NCBI GenBank assembly: GCA_903829815.1
Contig: CAIKRR010000005.1
Coordinates: 506 to 64,505 of the forward strand
DNA: 64,000 bases
Direction: 5' to 3'
Source: an uncultured Pseudomonadota bacterium
Lineage (GTDB): Bacteria; Pseudomonadota; Gammaproteobacteria; Burkholderiales; SG8-39
In this document: one piece after another, positions 9,118-18,481 of the stretch
How the letters are laid out: each line of letters opens with the position of its first letter
Numbering within the stretch: the stretch's first letter is position 1
Notes under the pieces: model-generated
Database searches by the model: none
The model's input: the letters and a program-made list of their open reading frames with translations, nothing else
Told to the model about the DNA's origin: nothing
Position numbers and translations under genes: made by a program

Positions 9118-12100
9118 TGGCCACCCAGACGCCGACCGACATCGAGTCGCAGGCCGACAAGCCTGAGGGCGACCTCCCGGCTACTGCCGGACCAGGGAAC
9201 CCGGGTGGACCCCCAAGCCCGGGTGGACCGCCGAACCTGCCTGGGCCCGCGAGCCCCCGGCGCGAGCCTCGGGCAAGCGTTCTGCGACGCCTGGGCATCG
9301 CGGCCGCCGCGATGGTGCTGCTCCTTGTCACAGGTCTGGCCGCCGTGCCGTGGCTGCTTGCGCGTCCCGACACCCTCATCTGGATCGCTGATCAGGTCGC
9401 CGCGAAGACCGGCTCTGTCGTGCGTCTCGAGCGCTTGGCACCGGTGGCTGCACGAACACTCACCATCGGGCATGTTCATGCGGCCATTGAGGGATGGCGG
9501 GTCGACATCGAGGATCTGCAGCTGCGCTGGGGCTCGCCCTGGCAGATGGCGTTCGAACGCCGCATCGACGTCGAGTCGATCGCAGCGCGCCGTCTGTCCG
9601 TGGTGTCCTCGAGCACTGATTCATCCGATCGGGCGCTACCGGCCACATTGGGCTTGCCGGTGCAGGTCGCCATCGAGCGCATCGCACTCGATGAACTCGT
9701 GGTGGGCGAGGGCGATGCCGCGCTGCGGGTCACGTCGCTCGCCGGCGCTTGGTCGTTCGATGGTGCCCGGCATCGCGCTGCCATCGAGCGGTTGCATGTC
9801 AGCGGTTTCGACGTTGCGGTGCAAGGCGAGGTTGCCTCGGCGCGCCCGTTTGCCTTGCACTTCGAGGCCCGTGCGGGCCGCGTTGCTGCGGCTGTACCGT
9901 CGAACGCGGCCGCTGCCCCACCTGGGCTCCCCGATGAGGCGACGCTGACGATCTCCGGGAGCCTCGAGCACATGAGCGTGCAAGCGCAACTCGCCCTCGG
10001 GCCTGCCCGGCTGGACGGTCGCGCACGGGTGCACCCGTTTGCAATGCCCTTTGTCGAACAGGTTCAATTGCGTGCAAGCGGCATCGATCCGCATGCGCTG
10101 TGGCCCCAATTGCCGCAGGCGCGCATCGATCTTCTGGTGGAGGGCGACCTGAGGTCCGACCAGCGCTTTGCCGGTCACCTCAGCGCCCGCAATGCGATGC
10201 CAGGCCCGCTCGACCGGCAGCGCGTGCCGGTGGCGCGTCTCGACGCCGATATCGAGGCCGGGCGCGACGATGCCCGTGCCCAGGTGAGGACGCTCGATCT
10301 GGGCGCGGCCGGTGGCCTCACCGGGCGGCTGGTCTGGCGTGGCGGGAAGATCGAGTCGGATGTGCAGGCACGGGCCATCGATCTTTCGCGGCTCTGGAGC
10401 ACCCTCTACGCGAGCCGGCTGGCCGGGCGCGTACAGGTGGCGACCGATGGTGTCGGGCTTGATGCCCGCGGCGAGTTGATCGATCGCGACCTGGGCATGC
10501 GCTTCGATCTGGCCAGTACTGCCGAGCGGCTTGACCTGCGTTCGTTTCGCTTCGAGGGGCGCGGCGCCCTGGCCCAGGGTAGCGCCAGCCTCGAGCTGCG
10601 CAATCTGCGTCGGTTCGATGTGGCGGCTCGTGTCGAGCGACTCGATCCCTCGCGCCTGGGGCGCTTTCCTGGGGCCAGCCTGACGGGCGACATCGTGGCG
10701 CAAGGGGCCCTGGGTGAGGCCCAAGGCGCGCGTGCGCATGCGCATGCGTCGCTGCACCTGCATGGCAGTCAGTTTCGCGGCCTGGCGCTGGCCGGTGAGT
10801 CGGTGATCGACTGGCAGGCGGGGCATCGCCTGTCGACCACGACAGACCTTGCTCTGGGCGACATGCGCCTGCAGGCCAAGGGCGCGCTGGGTGCGGCCGG
10901 TGATCGGCTCCAGGTGCGTGTCGAGAGTCCCTCCCTGGCGCCGATCGGCTTTGGTCTGGCCGGGGCAGTGAGTCTGGCGGGCACCCTGGGGGGCACGCTG
11001 GCTGAACCCGACATCGATCTGACCTTGAGCGGGCAACGTCTTTCCTTGCCGGGCGAGATACGCCTTGCCAGCGTGCGGGCACGCGTTCATCTTCTGCACG
11101 ATGATCTGGATCTGGACGCCGCGCTGCAAGGGCTGGAGGCTCGAGGGGTGCAGATCGAGGAGGCCCACGCGCGGGTCGATGGCAGTACGCGTGATCATCG
11201 CGTTCGACTGGCGGGTCGTGCTCGTGGCATCGACCTTGCGCTCGCGCTGCGTGGCGCTATCGAAGGCGTACCGGCTGCGGGCTGGACGGCAGCGCTACGC
11301 GCTGCCGCTGAACCGGCAGCGTTGCGCTGGCGTGGGACCTTGCTCGAACTGACCGAGCGAGCCCGCTCGGGGCTTGCCTTGCTCGAGCCTGCTGCACTCG
11401 AGCTTGCCCCCGGCCTGCTGCACCTGGGGCGCTCGCGGCTCGATGCTGCGGGTGGGCAGGTCCTGATCGATGGCCTGGACTTCGAGCAGGGTGCGGTACG
11501 CTCGAACGGTCGTTTCAGCGGCCTGGAGGCGCGTCGTCTGCTTGCTGCGGCCGGATTGACGGCTGAGCGCAGCAGCGACCACGTACCCGAGGGCCGATTC
11601 GTGGCGGAGGGCGATTTACGGCTGGCCGGTCACTGGCAGTGGCGTGCCGATGCTGCTGTCGGTACCGACGCCGCCCGTGCCGCTGCTGGCGTGGTCGAAC
11701 TGCACCGCGAATCGGGTGACCTGCAATTGCAACAGGTCGCGCTGGGGTTGGAGCGCATGCGTGTGCGTCTGGAGGTCCAGGCCGGTGAGTTGAGCGCTAC
11801 GGTCGACTTGCGTTCCCGCCTTGGACGTGTCGATGCCCAGGCCGCCGTGCCCATCGAGGCGACGGGGGGGCGCATGGCCTTGCGCACCGATGCCGCGCTG
11901 AAGGGGCAGGTGCGCTTTGCGCTTGACGGAACGACGCTCGCCAGACTCGTGCCTGCCGAGGGGCTGAGACTGCAGGGCCAGGCCGAGGGCGAGGTCGATC
12001 TGCAGGGTTCGATCGCCAGCCCGGCCCTGTCTGGCCAGGTCCGCGGGCGTGACCTGCTCATCCAGGTGCCCTCCGAAGGCGTCAGTCTGCGTCGAGGGCG

Positions 12101-13292
12101 ATTCGATCTTCAATTCGACGAGCGTGAGGCGCGTCTGGTCGGCGCCCGTTTCGAGGGCGACAGTGGGCATCTCGAAGCCTCTGGCCGGATGACCTGGGCC
12201 GACGGACGTCTGGTCGGAAGCCTTGGTGCCGATGCAGTCGGGCTCAGTCTGCTCAACGGCTCCGAATTGCGTCTGGTCGCCACCGCTCGACTGGATCTCG
12301 AGGTGCGCGACAGCACGGTGAGCGTGAAGGCGCGCGTGCATGCTGATGAGGGTGACCTGACACTGCGTGCTGCTCGCAACAGCGTGTCCTCCGATGTCGT
12401 CGTGCGTGGCAAGAGCGGCTCACCCGGTCCTGGAGCGGCTGGGGGAAAGAGCCGTCTGCCGATCTTGAGTCTGGATCTGGACTTTGGCGATCACTTCCAG
12501 GTGCGCGGCTTCGGCGCGAAGGCGCGGCTTACCGGCACCGCGCAACTGGCCCAGGCCGAAGCCGGCGCGCTGCGTCTGCTGGGGCGAGTGGGCATCACCG
12601 AGGGAACCGTGAATGCCTATGGTCAGTTGCTGCGCATCGATCAGGGAACGGTGACCTTCAATGGACCGATTGACAATCCGGCACTCGACATCACGGCCCT
12701 GCGTCCCAATATCCCGATCAAGGCCGGCGTCCAGGTGACCGGGTTTGCGATGGCACCGCGCCTGCGCCTTTTCTCCGACCCCCCGTTACCCGAGAGCCAG
12801 GTGCTGGCCTGGGTGGCGATGGGTAGAAGCGCCGAGGGTCTCGCGGTAGCCGACTGGCAGTTCATGGCCGAGATGGCAGCAGCGAGCGTTGCCGGTACCT
12901 CCGAGGAGGGGCCGCTGTCCACACGCATCGCGCGTGCTGCGGGTCTGGACGAGATCGGGGTGCGCAGTTCTGCCGGATCAAGCCTGGTACCGGGTGCAGG
13001 ATCGAGCGCGCCTGCCAGCAACGCTGATACCGTCGTGGCCGTTGGAAAGCGCCTGTCGGACAAACTTACCTTGACAGTGGAGCGCTCCTTGACCGGGGTC
13101 GGCACGGTAGTGCGCGCTCGCTATCAGCTGGCGCCGCGCTGGCTGGTGCAGGCTGAAACCGGCGTTCGCCAGACCGTCGACCTGTTCTTCTCGATCGCAT
13201 TCAACCGCTGGTTCGATAGCGCCTCGGTGGCGCCGGTGTCGGCGCCCGCGTCGCGGCGCCCACCGGGCCCCCCCCCGCCCAACGGTGGCTGA
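9117..13292 (+). CDS. tamB: Translocation and assembly module protein TamB
   Basis: About 1391 aa; N-terminal TM anchor, glycine-rich beta-taco body, C-terminal DUF490-like region (YGQLL...FNGPIDNPALDI...VGKRLSDKL); TGATG coupling to tamA. Confidence 0.88.
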   Translation: MATQTPTDIESQADKPEGDLPATAGPGNPGGPPSPGGPPNLPGPASPRREPRASVLRRLGIAAAAMVLLLVTGLAAVPWLLARPDTLIWIADQVAAKTGSVVRLERLAPVAARTLTIGHVHAAIEGWRVDIEDLQLRWGSPWQMAFERRIDVESIAARRLSVVSSSTDSSDRALPATLGLPVQVAIERIALDELVVGEGDAALRVTSLAGAWSFDGARHRAAIERLHVSGFDVAVQGEVASARPFALHFEARAGRVAAAVPSNAAAAPPGLPDEATLTISGSLEHMSVQAQLALGPARLDGRARVHPFAMPFVEQVQLRASGIDPHALWPQLPQARIDLLVEGDLRSDQRFAGHLSARNAMPGPLDRQRVPVARLDADIEAGRDDARAQVRTLDLGAAGGLTGRLVWRGGKIESDVQARAIDLSRLWSTLYASRLAGRVQVATDGVGLDARGELIDRDLGMRFDLASTAERLDLRSFRFEGRGALAQGSASLELRNLRRFDVAARVERLDPSRLGRFPGASLTGDIVAQGALGEAQGARAHAHASLHLHGSQFRGLALAGESVIDWQAGHRLSTTTDLALGDMRLQAKGALGAAGDRLQVRVESPSLAPIGFGLAGAVSLAGTLGGTLAEPDIDLTLSGQRLSLPGEIRLASVRARVHLLHDDLDLDAALQGLEARGVQIEEAHARVDGSTRDHRVRLAGRARGIDLALALRGAIEGVPAAGWTAALRAAAEPAALRWRGTLLELTERARSGLALLEPAALELAPGLLHLGRSRLDAAGGQVLIDGLDFEQGAVRSNGRFSGLEARRLLAAAGLTAERSSDHVPEGRFVAEGDLRLAGHWQWRADAAVGTDAARAAAGVVELHRESGDLQLQQVALGLERMRVRLEVQAGELSATVDLRSRLGRVDAQAAVPIEATGGRMALRTDAALKGQVRFALDGTTLARLVPAEGLRLQGQAEGEVDLQGSIASPALSGQVRGRDLLIQVPSEGVSLRRGRFDLQFDEREARLVGARFEGDSGHLEASGRMTWADGRLVGSLGADAVGLSLLNGSELRLVATARLDLEVRDSTVSVKARVHADEGDLTLRAARNSVSSDVVVRGKSGSPGPGAAGGKSRLPILSLDLDFGDHFQVRGFGAKARLTGTAQLAQAEAGALRLLGRVGITEGTVNAYGQLLRIDQGTVTFNGPIDNPALDITALRPNIPIKAGVQVTGFAMAPRLRLFSDPPLPESQVLAWVAMGRSAEGLAVADWQFMAEMAAASVAGTSEEGPLSTRIARAAGLDEIGVRSSAGSSLVPGAGSSAPASNADTVVAVGKRLSDKLTLTVERSLTGVGTVVRARYQLAPRWLVQAETGVRQTVDLFFSIAFNRWFDSASVAPVSAPASRRPPGPPPPNGG
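9200..9229 (+). repeat. 18-bp-period tandem repeat (CCCGGGTGGACC x2) encoding PGGPP units in the TamB N-terminal tail
   Basis: CCCGGGTGGACC at 9200-9211 and 9218-9229. Confidence 0.7.
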
Positions 13293-13429
13293 AGGCCGGA
13301 TCTGGCCCGGCAGGGGTGTAATCCACCTGGCCCCCTTCCCCTGCAGGCCAAGGTGGCCTAATATTGCACTGCGAGAAGTTATGCGCCGGCCGGGCATGAG
13401 GCCCGTCTGACCAAAGGCGAGAAGACATC

Positions 13430-13687
13430 ATGCAAAAGCAAGATTCGACCATTCCGCGGCGAGCACCTGCGCTGCTGCGCGAACCGACCGGTACTGTGCC
13501 GCGCGGGTCACGTGTCGGTCCGGCTGCCTCGGCAATTGCCAGTTTTCTGGTGCCTGCCCTTATCGGCGAACTGCGGCCGCCACAGATTCGAGCGACCCAG
13601 GTCGATGGGGCGGGCATCACCCGCCACAAGACCGAGGACGACAGCACCGATCCGCTCGTGGTGCCGTCCGAGTGGGGTGTGTACTAG
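13430..13687 (+). CDS. Hypothetical small protein (85 aa)
   Basis: Most plausible ATG-started ORF in the tamB-panD gap; purine-rich stretch (GGCGAGAAGAC) upstream; no family recognised. Confidence 0.35.
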   Translation: MQKQDSTIPRRAPALLREPTGTVPRGSRVGPAASAIASFLVPALIGELRPPQIRATQVDGAGITRHKTEDDSTDPLVVPSEWGVY

Positions 13688-13764
13688 CGGCCGACCGGTC
13701 GCGAGGCGGTCGGCTTGATCGTTGCAGTTGATCCTGGCACGCCGCCTGGGCATCGTGGCGCCGG

Positions 13765-14145
13765 TCAAGCGCGCTGGACAGCGATTTTGTGATGTTCGCC
13801 GACAATCCGGTTGGCCGAATCGACATAGACCAGTGACGGTACGAACGTTGCCAGTTCTGCCTCGTCGAACACGGCATACGAGGCGATGATCAGCAGGTCA
13901 CCCACCTGTGCCTTGCGTGCTGCCGCGCCATTGAGCGAAATGATGCCCGAGCCCCGCTCGGCGCGAATCGCATAGGTGGTGAATCGCTCGCCATTGCTGA
14001 TGTTGTAGATGTCGATCTGCTGGTATTCACGGATATCGGCCGCGTCGAGCAGGTTGTCGTCGATCGCGCACGAGCCCTCGTAATTGAGTTCGGCATGGGT
14101 CGCACTGACCCGGTGGATCTTCGACTTGAGCATCAAACGTTGCAT
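13765..14145 (-). CDS. panD: Aspartate 1-decarboxylase
   Basis: [13 protein letters not shown] cleavage site, [15 protein letters not shown]; AGGAGG spacing favours ATG 14145 over 14151. Confidence 0.96.
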   Translation of the reverse strand: MQRLMLKSKIHRVSATHAELNYEGSCAIDDNLLDAADIREYQQIDIYNISNGERFTTYAIRAERGSGIISLNGAAARKAQVGDLLIIASYAVFDEAELATFVPSLVYVDSANRIVGEHHKIAVQRA

Positions 14146-14181
14146 CTGCATCCTCCTTGCATCGACTCGGCTTGGCTACCG

Positions 14182-15027
14182 TCAGAGGGACAGTTCGAGG
14201 TTGTCGATCAACCGGGTACCGCCAAGCCGCGCCGCCCCCAGTACGACCACTTCAGAATCTTGGGCGGATGGCGATTGTAGATCGCTTTGCTTTCGCACTG
14301 CAACATAGTCGGGCACCCAACCGGCGTTGCGCAAGGCCTCGCAGGCATGTTGCTCGATGTCTGCAAGATCGGCCCGACCGGCGCGCAGTTCTGCGCCCGC
14401 GGCAGCGCCTGTTTTGGTCAGTGTCTGGCGCAGGAATGGTGCCTGCGCCCGTTCTGTGTCCGACAGGTAGCCGTTGCGTGAAGACAGGGCCAGTCCGTCG
14501 GCTGCGCGCACGGTTTCGCCAGCGATGATGTCAATCGGTAGCGCCAGCTGACGAACCATCTGCCGGATGACCATCAACTGCTGGTAATCCTTTTTCCCGA
14601 AAACGGCGACGTCGGGTGCAACGATGTTGAACAGCTTGTTCACCACGGTTGCCACGCCCGTGAAGAAGCCCGGTCTGAACTGGCCCTCGAGGTCATCGGC
14701 CAGCGCTGGCGGCGGCAGGGTCCTGAAAACCTGTGGCTCCGGGTAGAGTTCGGCGTCGGTGGGCGCAAACAGCGTCTGCACTCCGGCCGCTTCGAGGGCT
14801 GCACAATCGGCCTCGAAGGTGCGTGGGTAGCTCTCGAAGTCTTCGCCGGGCAGGAACTGCAGGCGATTGACGAACAGGGTGACAACCACCTCACCCGCGT
14901 GTTGCTGGGCGATGCGCACGAGGTCGAGGTGGCCCGGGTGAAGGTTGCCCATGGTGGGTACGCAGGCGGTGCGTGCCCGTCCTCGACGCATCCCCTGCAT
15001 GGCGCTCACGGTCTTGATGATCTGCAT
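14182..15027 (-). CDS. panC: Pantoate--beta-alanine ligase
   Basis: VPTMGNLHPGH, FGKKDYQQ, GLALSSRNGYL, RLIDN. Confidence 0.96.
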   Translation of the reverse strand: MQIIKTVSAMQGMRRGRARTACVPTMGNLHPGHLDLVRIAQQHAGEVVVTLFVNRLQFLPGEDFESYPRTFEADCAALEAAGVQTLFAPTDAELYPEPQVFRTLPPPALADDLEGQFRPGFFTGVATVVNKLFNIVAPDVAVFGKKDYQQLMVIRQMVRQLALPIDIIAGETVRAADGLALSSRNGYLSDTERAQAPFLRQTLTKTGAAAGAELRAGRADLADIEQHACEALRNAGWVPDYVAVRKQSDLQSPSAQDSEVVVLGAARLGGTRLIDNLELSL

Positions 15028-15043
15028 GGCAGTCAATCCTTGT

Positions 15044-15709
15044 TCACGGATGGTCTTCATCCAGGACTTCACGACGATCGCGCATGGACGCAAGGCGCTC
15101 GACCAGACGGTCGAAATCCACCTGCTCATCGACGAGGTTCGCTCGCGCTGCATCGACGATGAAGACCGGTGCCTCATCGTAGCGCTGGAAGAAGCGATCG
15201 TAGGCGGCCGCCAGCGCCTGCAAGTACCGTGCGCCGTCATCGTCGGTGATCAGCGTGTTCTCGAATGATCGGCCGCGCCGCGCGATGCGCGCCTGCAGCA
15301 CGGCCAACGGTGCTCGCAGGAAGATCACCAGATCGGGTCGTGGTGCCTGGGGCTTGAGCGTGGCGAAGATCCGCTCATAGAGCGCGAACTCGTCATCGGC
15401 GAGCGTGAGTTGCGCAAACAGCGGATCCTTGTCAAACAGGAAGTCCGATACGGTCCCGGCCCGGAACAGATCGGGTTGGGCCAGCGCCCTGAACTGATCG
15501 ATGCGCTGGAACAGAAAGCACAGTTGCGTGGCCAGGGCGTGGCGGGCGCCATCGGCATAGAAGCGCGCGAGGAAGGGGTTGTCTTCCGGCCGCTCGAGCA
15601 AAAGCTCGGCGCCCAAGCGGTGGGCAAGCCTGCGCGCCAGGCTGGTCTTGCCGACACCGATGACCCCTTCGACGGCAATCAGCCCGCGGGCTCTGGCAAC
15701 GGACACCAT
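15044..15709 (-). CDS. Deoxynucleoside kinase (dGK/dAK family)
   Basis: IAVEGVIGVGKT P-loop, NPFLARFY, PDLVIFL, RIARRGR lid. Confidence 0.9.
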   Translation of the reverse strand: MVSVARARGLIAVEGVIGVGKTSLARRLAHRLGAELLLERPEDNPFLARFYADGARHALATQLCFLFQRIDQFRALAQPDLFRAGTVSDFLFDKDPLFAQLTLADDEFALYERIFATLKPQAPRPDLVIFLRAPLAVLQARIARRGRSFENTLITDDDGARYLQALAAAYDRFFQRYDEAPVFIVDAARANLVDEQVDFDRLVERLASMRDRREVLDEDHP

Positions 15710-16222
15710 TCAGGTGTCCAGACGCCGAATGCGTTGCCCGGCAACGCGCTCGAGCGCCTGCGCGATCGGACCAACGCCGGGCAGGCTGAGTTCGGGGGCA
15801 ATCTCGTGCAAGGGCAGCAGCACGAAGGCACGCTCGTGCAGTCGGGGGTGTGGCAGCGTGAGTTCCGCACTGTCTGCACGCGTCTCGCCGTGCAGCAGAA
15901 GGTCCAGGTCGAGCGTGCGAGGGGCATTGCGAAAGGAGCGAACGCGGCCTTGTGCGGTCTCGATCGATTGCAGGGCGTGCAGCAGTTCGAGTGGTCCAAG
16001 ACCGGTATCGAGCGCGATCACCGCATTGATGAAGTCGGGTTGATCGGCATAACCCACGGGTGCACTGCCGTAGTGGCTCGAGCACGCCACAAGCCGGCTC
16101 TGCGGCAGGCCTGCCAGGCGCTCTGCGGCTTGCATGAGGGTGGCACGCGCAGCGCCCAGATTGGCGCCCAGGCCGATGTAGGCGCGTGCGAGCATGGATC
16201 GGTCGGGGTGCGATGCGTTCAT
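15710..16222 (-). CDS. folK: 2-amino-4-hydroxy-6-hydroxymethyldihydropteridine diphosphokinase
   Basis: AYIGLGANLG, QPDFINAV, PRTLDLDLL, LPHPRLHERAFVL; start uncertain (16195 or 16222). Confidence 0.94.
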   Translation of the reverse strand: MNASHPDRSMLARAYIGLGANLGAARATLMQAAERLAGLPQSRLVACSSHYGSAPVGYADQPDFINAVIALDTGLGPLELLHALQSIETAQGRVRSFRNAPRTLDLDLLLHGETRADSAELTLPHPRLHERAFVLLPLHEIAPELSLPGVGPIAQALERVAGQRIRRLDT

Positions 16223-16280
16223 CCCGGGAGTGATCTGTTTGCTCGACACTGCCAGGCTGGCGGATAGGCCGTGCTCGGAG

Positions 16281-17702
16281 TCAGCCGGCTTCAGGGTCAT
16301 TGTCATGACGGCTGCCCGAGGGGGGCTCGGTTCTACCCCCGTTGGTGTTTCCGCCGCTGGTGTCGCGCTCACCTGCTTCACCGGCAGGGCGCCGCCGCCG
16401 CCGCCGCCGCGTGCCAGTGCCGGCGGTTGCCGGGAGCAGCATGTGTTCGCGCTCGGTGGCACCGACCACCTGGAATCGCGCCCACCAGTCGACCAGTTCG
16501 GCAGGTGCTTCGCCACTCTCGGCCCGCAGCGCGAGAAAATCAAAGGCAGCGCGGAATCGCGGGTGTTCGAGCAGCAGATGCGGACGGCGCCCGGTATTGG
16601 CATCGAGCCGTGGCTGCATGCCCCAGATTTCCTTCATCGTCACGGTGAAGCGGCGCGGAATCGCGAGCTGGTCAGTTTGCTGGTCGAGCACCCGATCCAT
16701 GGCTTCATGCAGTGCCGGGATCGGTCGTTCGCCCCGATCGGTGGCCTGTTTCCAGGCGCTGAGTACCTGATGCCAGAGCAGGGCGGCAAAGAGAAACGCG
16801 GGTGATACCGGCTTGTCTTCCAGGATGCGGCGGTCGGTCTGCTCGAGCGCCAGAGTGACGAAGCGCTCACCCATCGGCTGCTCGAGAATCATGTCGAGCA
16901 TGGGCAGCAAGCCATGATGCAGGCCCTGGGTGCGCAACTGAAGCACGCACGCTGCGGCATTGCCCGACAAGAGCAGCTTGAGCATCTCCTCGAACAGACG
17001 CGCAGCAGGTACATTGCTCAACAGTGGCGCGAGTTCGGCGATCGGGGCAGCGGTTTTCGGTGCGATATGAAAGCCCGGTCGTGCCGCAAAGCGCACCGCG
17101 CGCAGCATGCGCACCGGGTCTTCGCGATAGCGTCGTGCCGGATCGCCGATCATCCGTACGGTTTTCTTGCGCAGGTCGACCAGACCCTTGTGATAGTCGA
17201 GCACGGTCTCGGCCACCGGGTCGTAGTAGAGGGCGTTGACAGTGAAGTCGCGTCGGGCCGCATCTTCCTGGCGGGTGCCGTAGACGTTGTCGCGCAACAC
17301 CCGGCCATGTTCGTCGACCATCTGTGCGGCCGATTCGGCATCACCCGGGTCGGGCGCGCCGGCTCGGAAGGTCGATACCTCGACCACTTCGTTGCCGAAC
17401 AGTGCATGCACCAGCTTGAAGCGGCGCCCGATCAGGCGTGACCGACGCACCACCCGGTGCACCTGTTCGGGCGTGGCGGACGTGGCCACATCGAAGTCCT
17501 TGGGCTCGACCCCCAGCAGGAGGTCGCGTACCGCACCCCCCACCACGTAGGCGGCATAGCCGTTTTCCTGCAACTGCTCGCAGACCCGGCGTGCGCCGTG
17601 GCTGATGTGCTCCCGGCGGATGCCGTGCTCGGGCGCGGCAATCACGACCGGATGGTCACCGCCCTTTCTGCCGAAAACCTTGTCGATGAGGCGTTTGATC
17701 AA
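16281..17702 (-). CDS. pcnB: Poly(A) polymerase I
   Basis: VGGAVRDLLLG, DFDVAT, LIGRRFKLVH signature, RRDFTVN, EDPVRMLRA, Arg-rich C-terminus; TTG start. Confidence 0.95.
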   Translation of the reverse strand: MIKRLIDKVFGRKGGDHPVVIAAPEHGIRREHISHGARRVCEQLQENGYAAYVVGGAVRDLLLGVEPKDFDVATSATPEQVHRVVRRSRLIGRRFKLVHALFGNEVVEVSTFRAGAPDPGDAESAAQMVDEHGRVLRDNVYGTRQEDAARRDFTVNALYYDPVAETVLDYHKGLVDLRKKTVRMIGDPARRYREDPVRMLRAVRFAARPGFHIAPKTAAPIAELAPLLSNVPAARLFEEMLKLLLSGNAAACVLQLRTQGLHHGLLPMLDMILEQPMGERFVTLALEQTDRRILEDKPVSPAFLFAALLWHQVLSAWKQATDRGERPIPALHEAMDRVLDQQTDQLAIPRRFTVTMKEIWGMQPRLDANTGRRPHLLLEHPRFRAAFDFLALRAESGEAPAELVDWWARFQVVGATEREHMLLPATAGTGTRRRRRRRPAGEAGERDTSGGNTNGGRTEPPSGSRHDNDPEAG

Positions 17703-18481
17703 TGCGGCTGGGCCATGGAGTCCGGTGTGTATGCCCGCAGCGCCAGGGGCAGCGGGTTCGGGTATGCAGGCAGGTCGAGCGCGTAGAGTTCGCGCACTGC
17801 GGCATCGTCGAGCGTGTCAACCACGCGACCCTGCCTGATGTGCGCCGAATCATACAGTAAAAGTACATGGCTACAGGATTGGCGAACCTGTTCGGGGTCC
17901 TGCAGGGTGAGTATGACGGCCCGCCCATCGTCGGCCAGCTGGCGCGCGAGGCTCAGAGTGGCCGCCTGGTACCGCAGGTCGAGATGGTTCAGCGGTTCGT
18001 CCCAAAGCAGGCAGGCGGTGCGTTGAGCGAGCGACTGGGCAATTCGGGCGCGCTGACGCTCGCCCCCTGAAAGCACCGCCAGAGGGCGCTCGGCCAGTGC
18101 CTCGAGCGCGGTCAAGGACAGAGCCGCCCTGATCGCGGCATCCGTGCGCCTGGCCCGCCCGTGCGGCAGTGCCCCCAGTGCCACGTAATCGGCTACCGTG
18201 CCCCAATAGCTGGCGGTTTCCTCCTGAAAGAGCAGCGCGCGCTGCCGGGCGAGCCCCCGGCGTGACCCCTCGGTGACCAGGCGTCCGGCGAGTGTCACCT
18301 CACCGGACGCCGCGGGCAGCAACCCTGCCACGGTGTGGAGCAGGCGACTCTTGCCCACGCCGTTCGGGCCCAGAACACCCCAGCATTCGCCGGCTTGCAC
18401 ATCCCAGTCCAGGCCATCGACCAGTACGCGAGCCTGCCTGCCGGTACCCACCTCGATGCGCAGTTGTCGGGTCGCGATCAT
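17699..18481 (-). CDS. ABC transporter ATP-binding protein, cobalamin/Fe-siderophore type (BtuD/FecE-like)
   Basis: Walker A GPNGVGKS, LSGGERQR signature, WDEPLNHLD Walker B; H-loop reads TLQD. Confidence 0.85.
   Translation of the reverse strand: MIATRQLRIEVGTGRQARVLVDGLDWDVQAGECWGVLGPNGVGKSRLLHTVAGLLPAASGEVTLAGRLVTEGSRRGLARQRALLFQEETASYWGTVADYVALGALPHGRARRTDAAIRAALSLTALEALAERPLAVLSGGERQRARIAQSLAQRTACLLWDEPLNHLDLRYQAATLSLARQLADDGRAVILTLQDPEQVRQSCSHVLLLYDSAHIRQGRVVDTLDDAAVRELYALDLPAYPNPLPLALRAYTPDSMAQPH

Noticed and set aside
13268-13276. C9 homopolymer as a phase-variation tract
   Set aside because: Lies in the last few codons of tamB; slippage would change only the tail.
13630-13687. C-terminus PSEWGVY resembles the microviridin core (TxKYPSDWEEY)
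   Set aside because: Lacks the TxKY residues and the leader motif, and there is no ATP-grasp ligase or other RiPP enzyme nearby (PmbA is a housekeeping gene about 46 kb away).
16391-16410. (GCC)n trinucleotide repeat
   Set aside because: Encodes the usual Arg-rich C-terminal tail of PcnB and preserves the frame.
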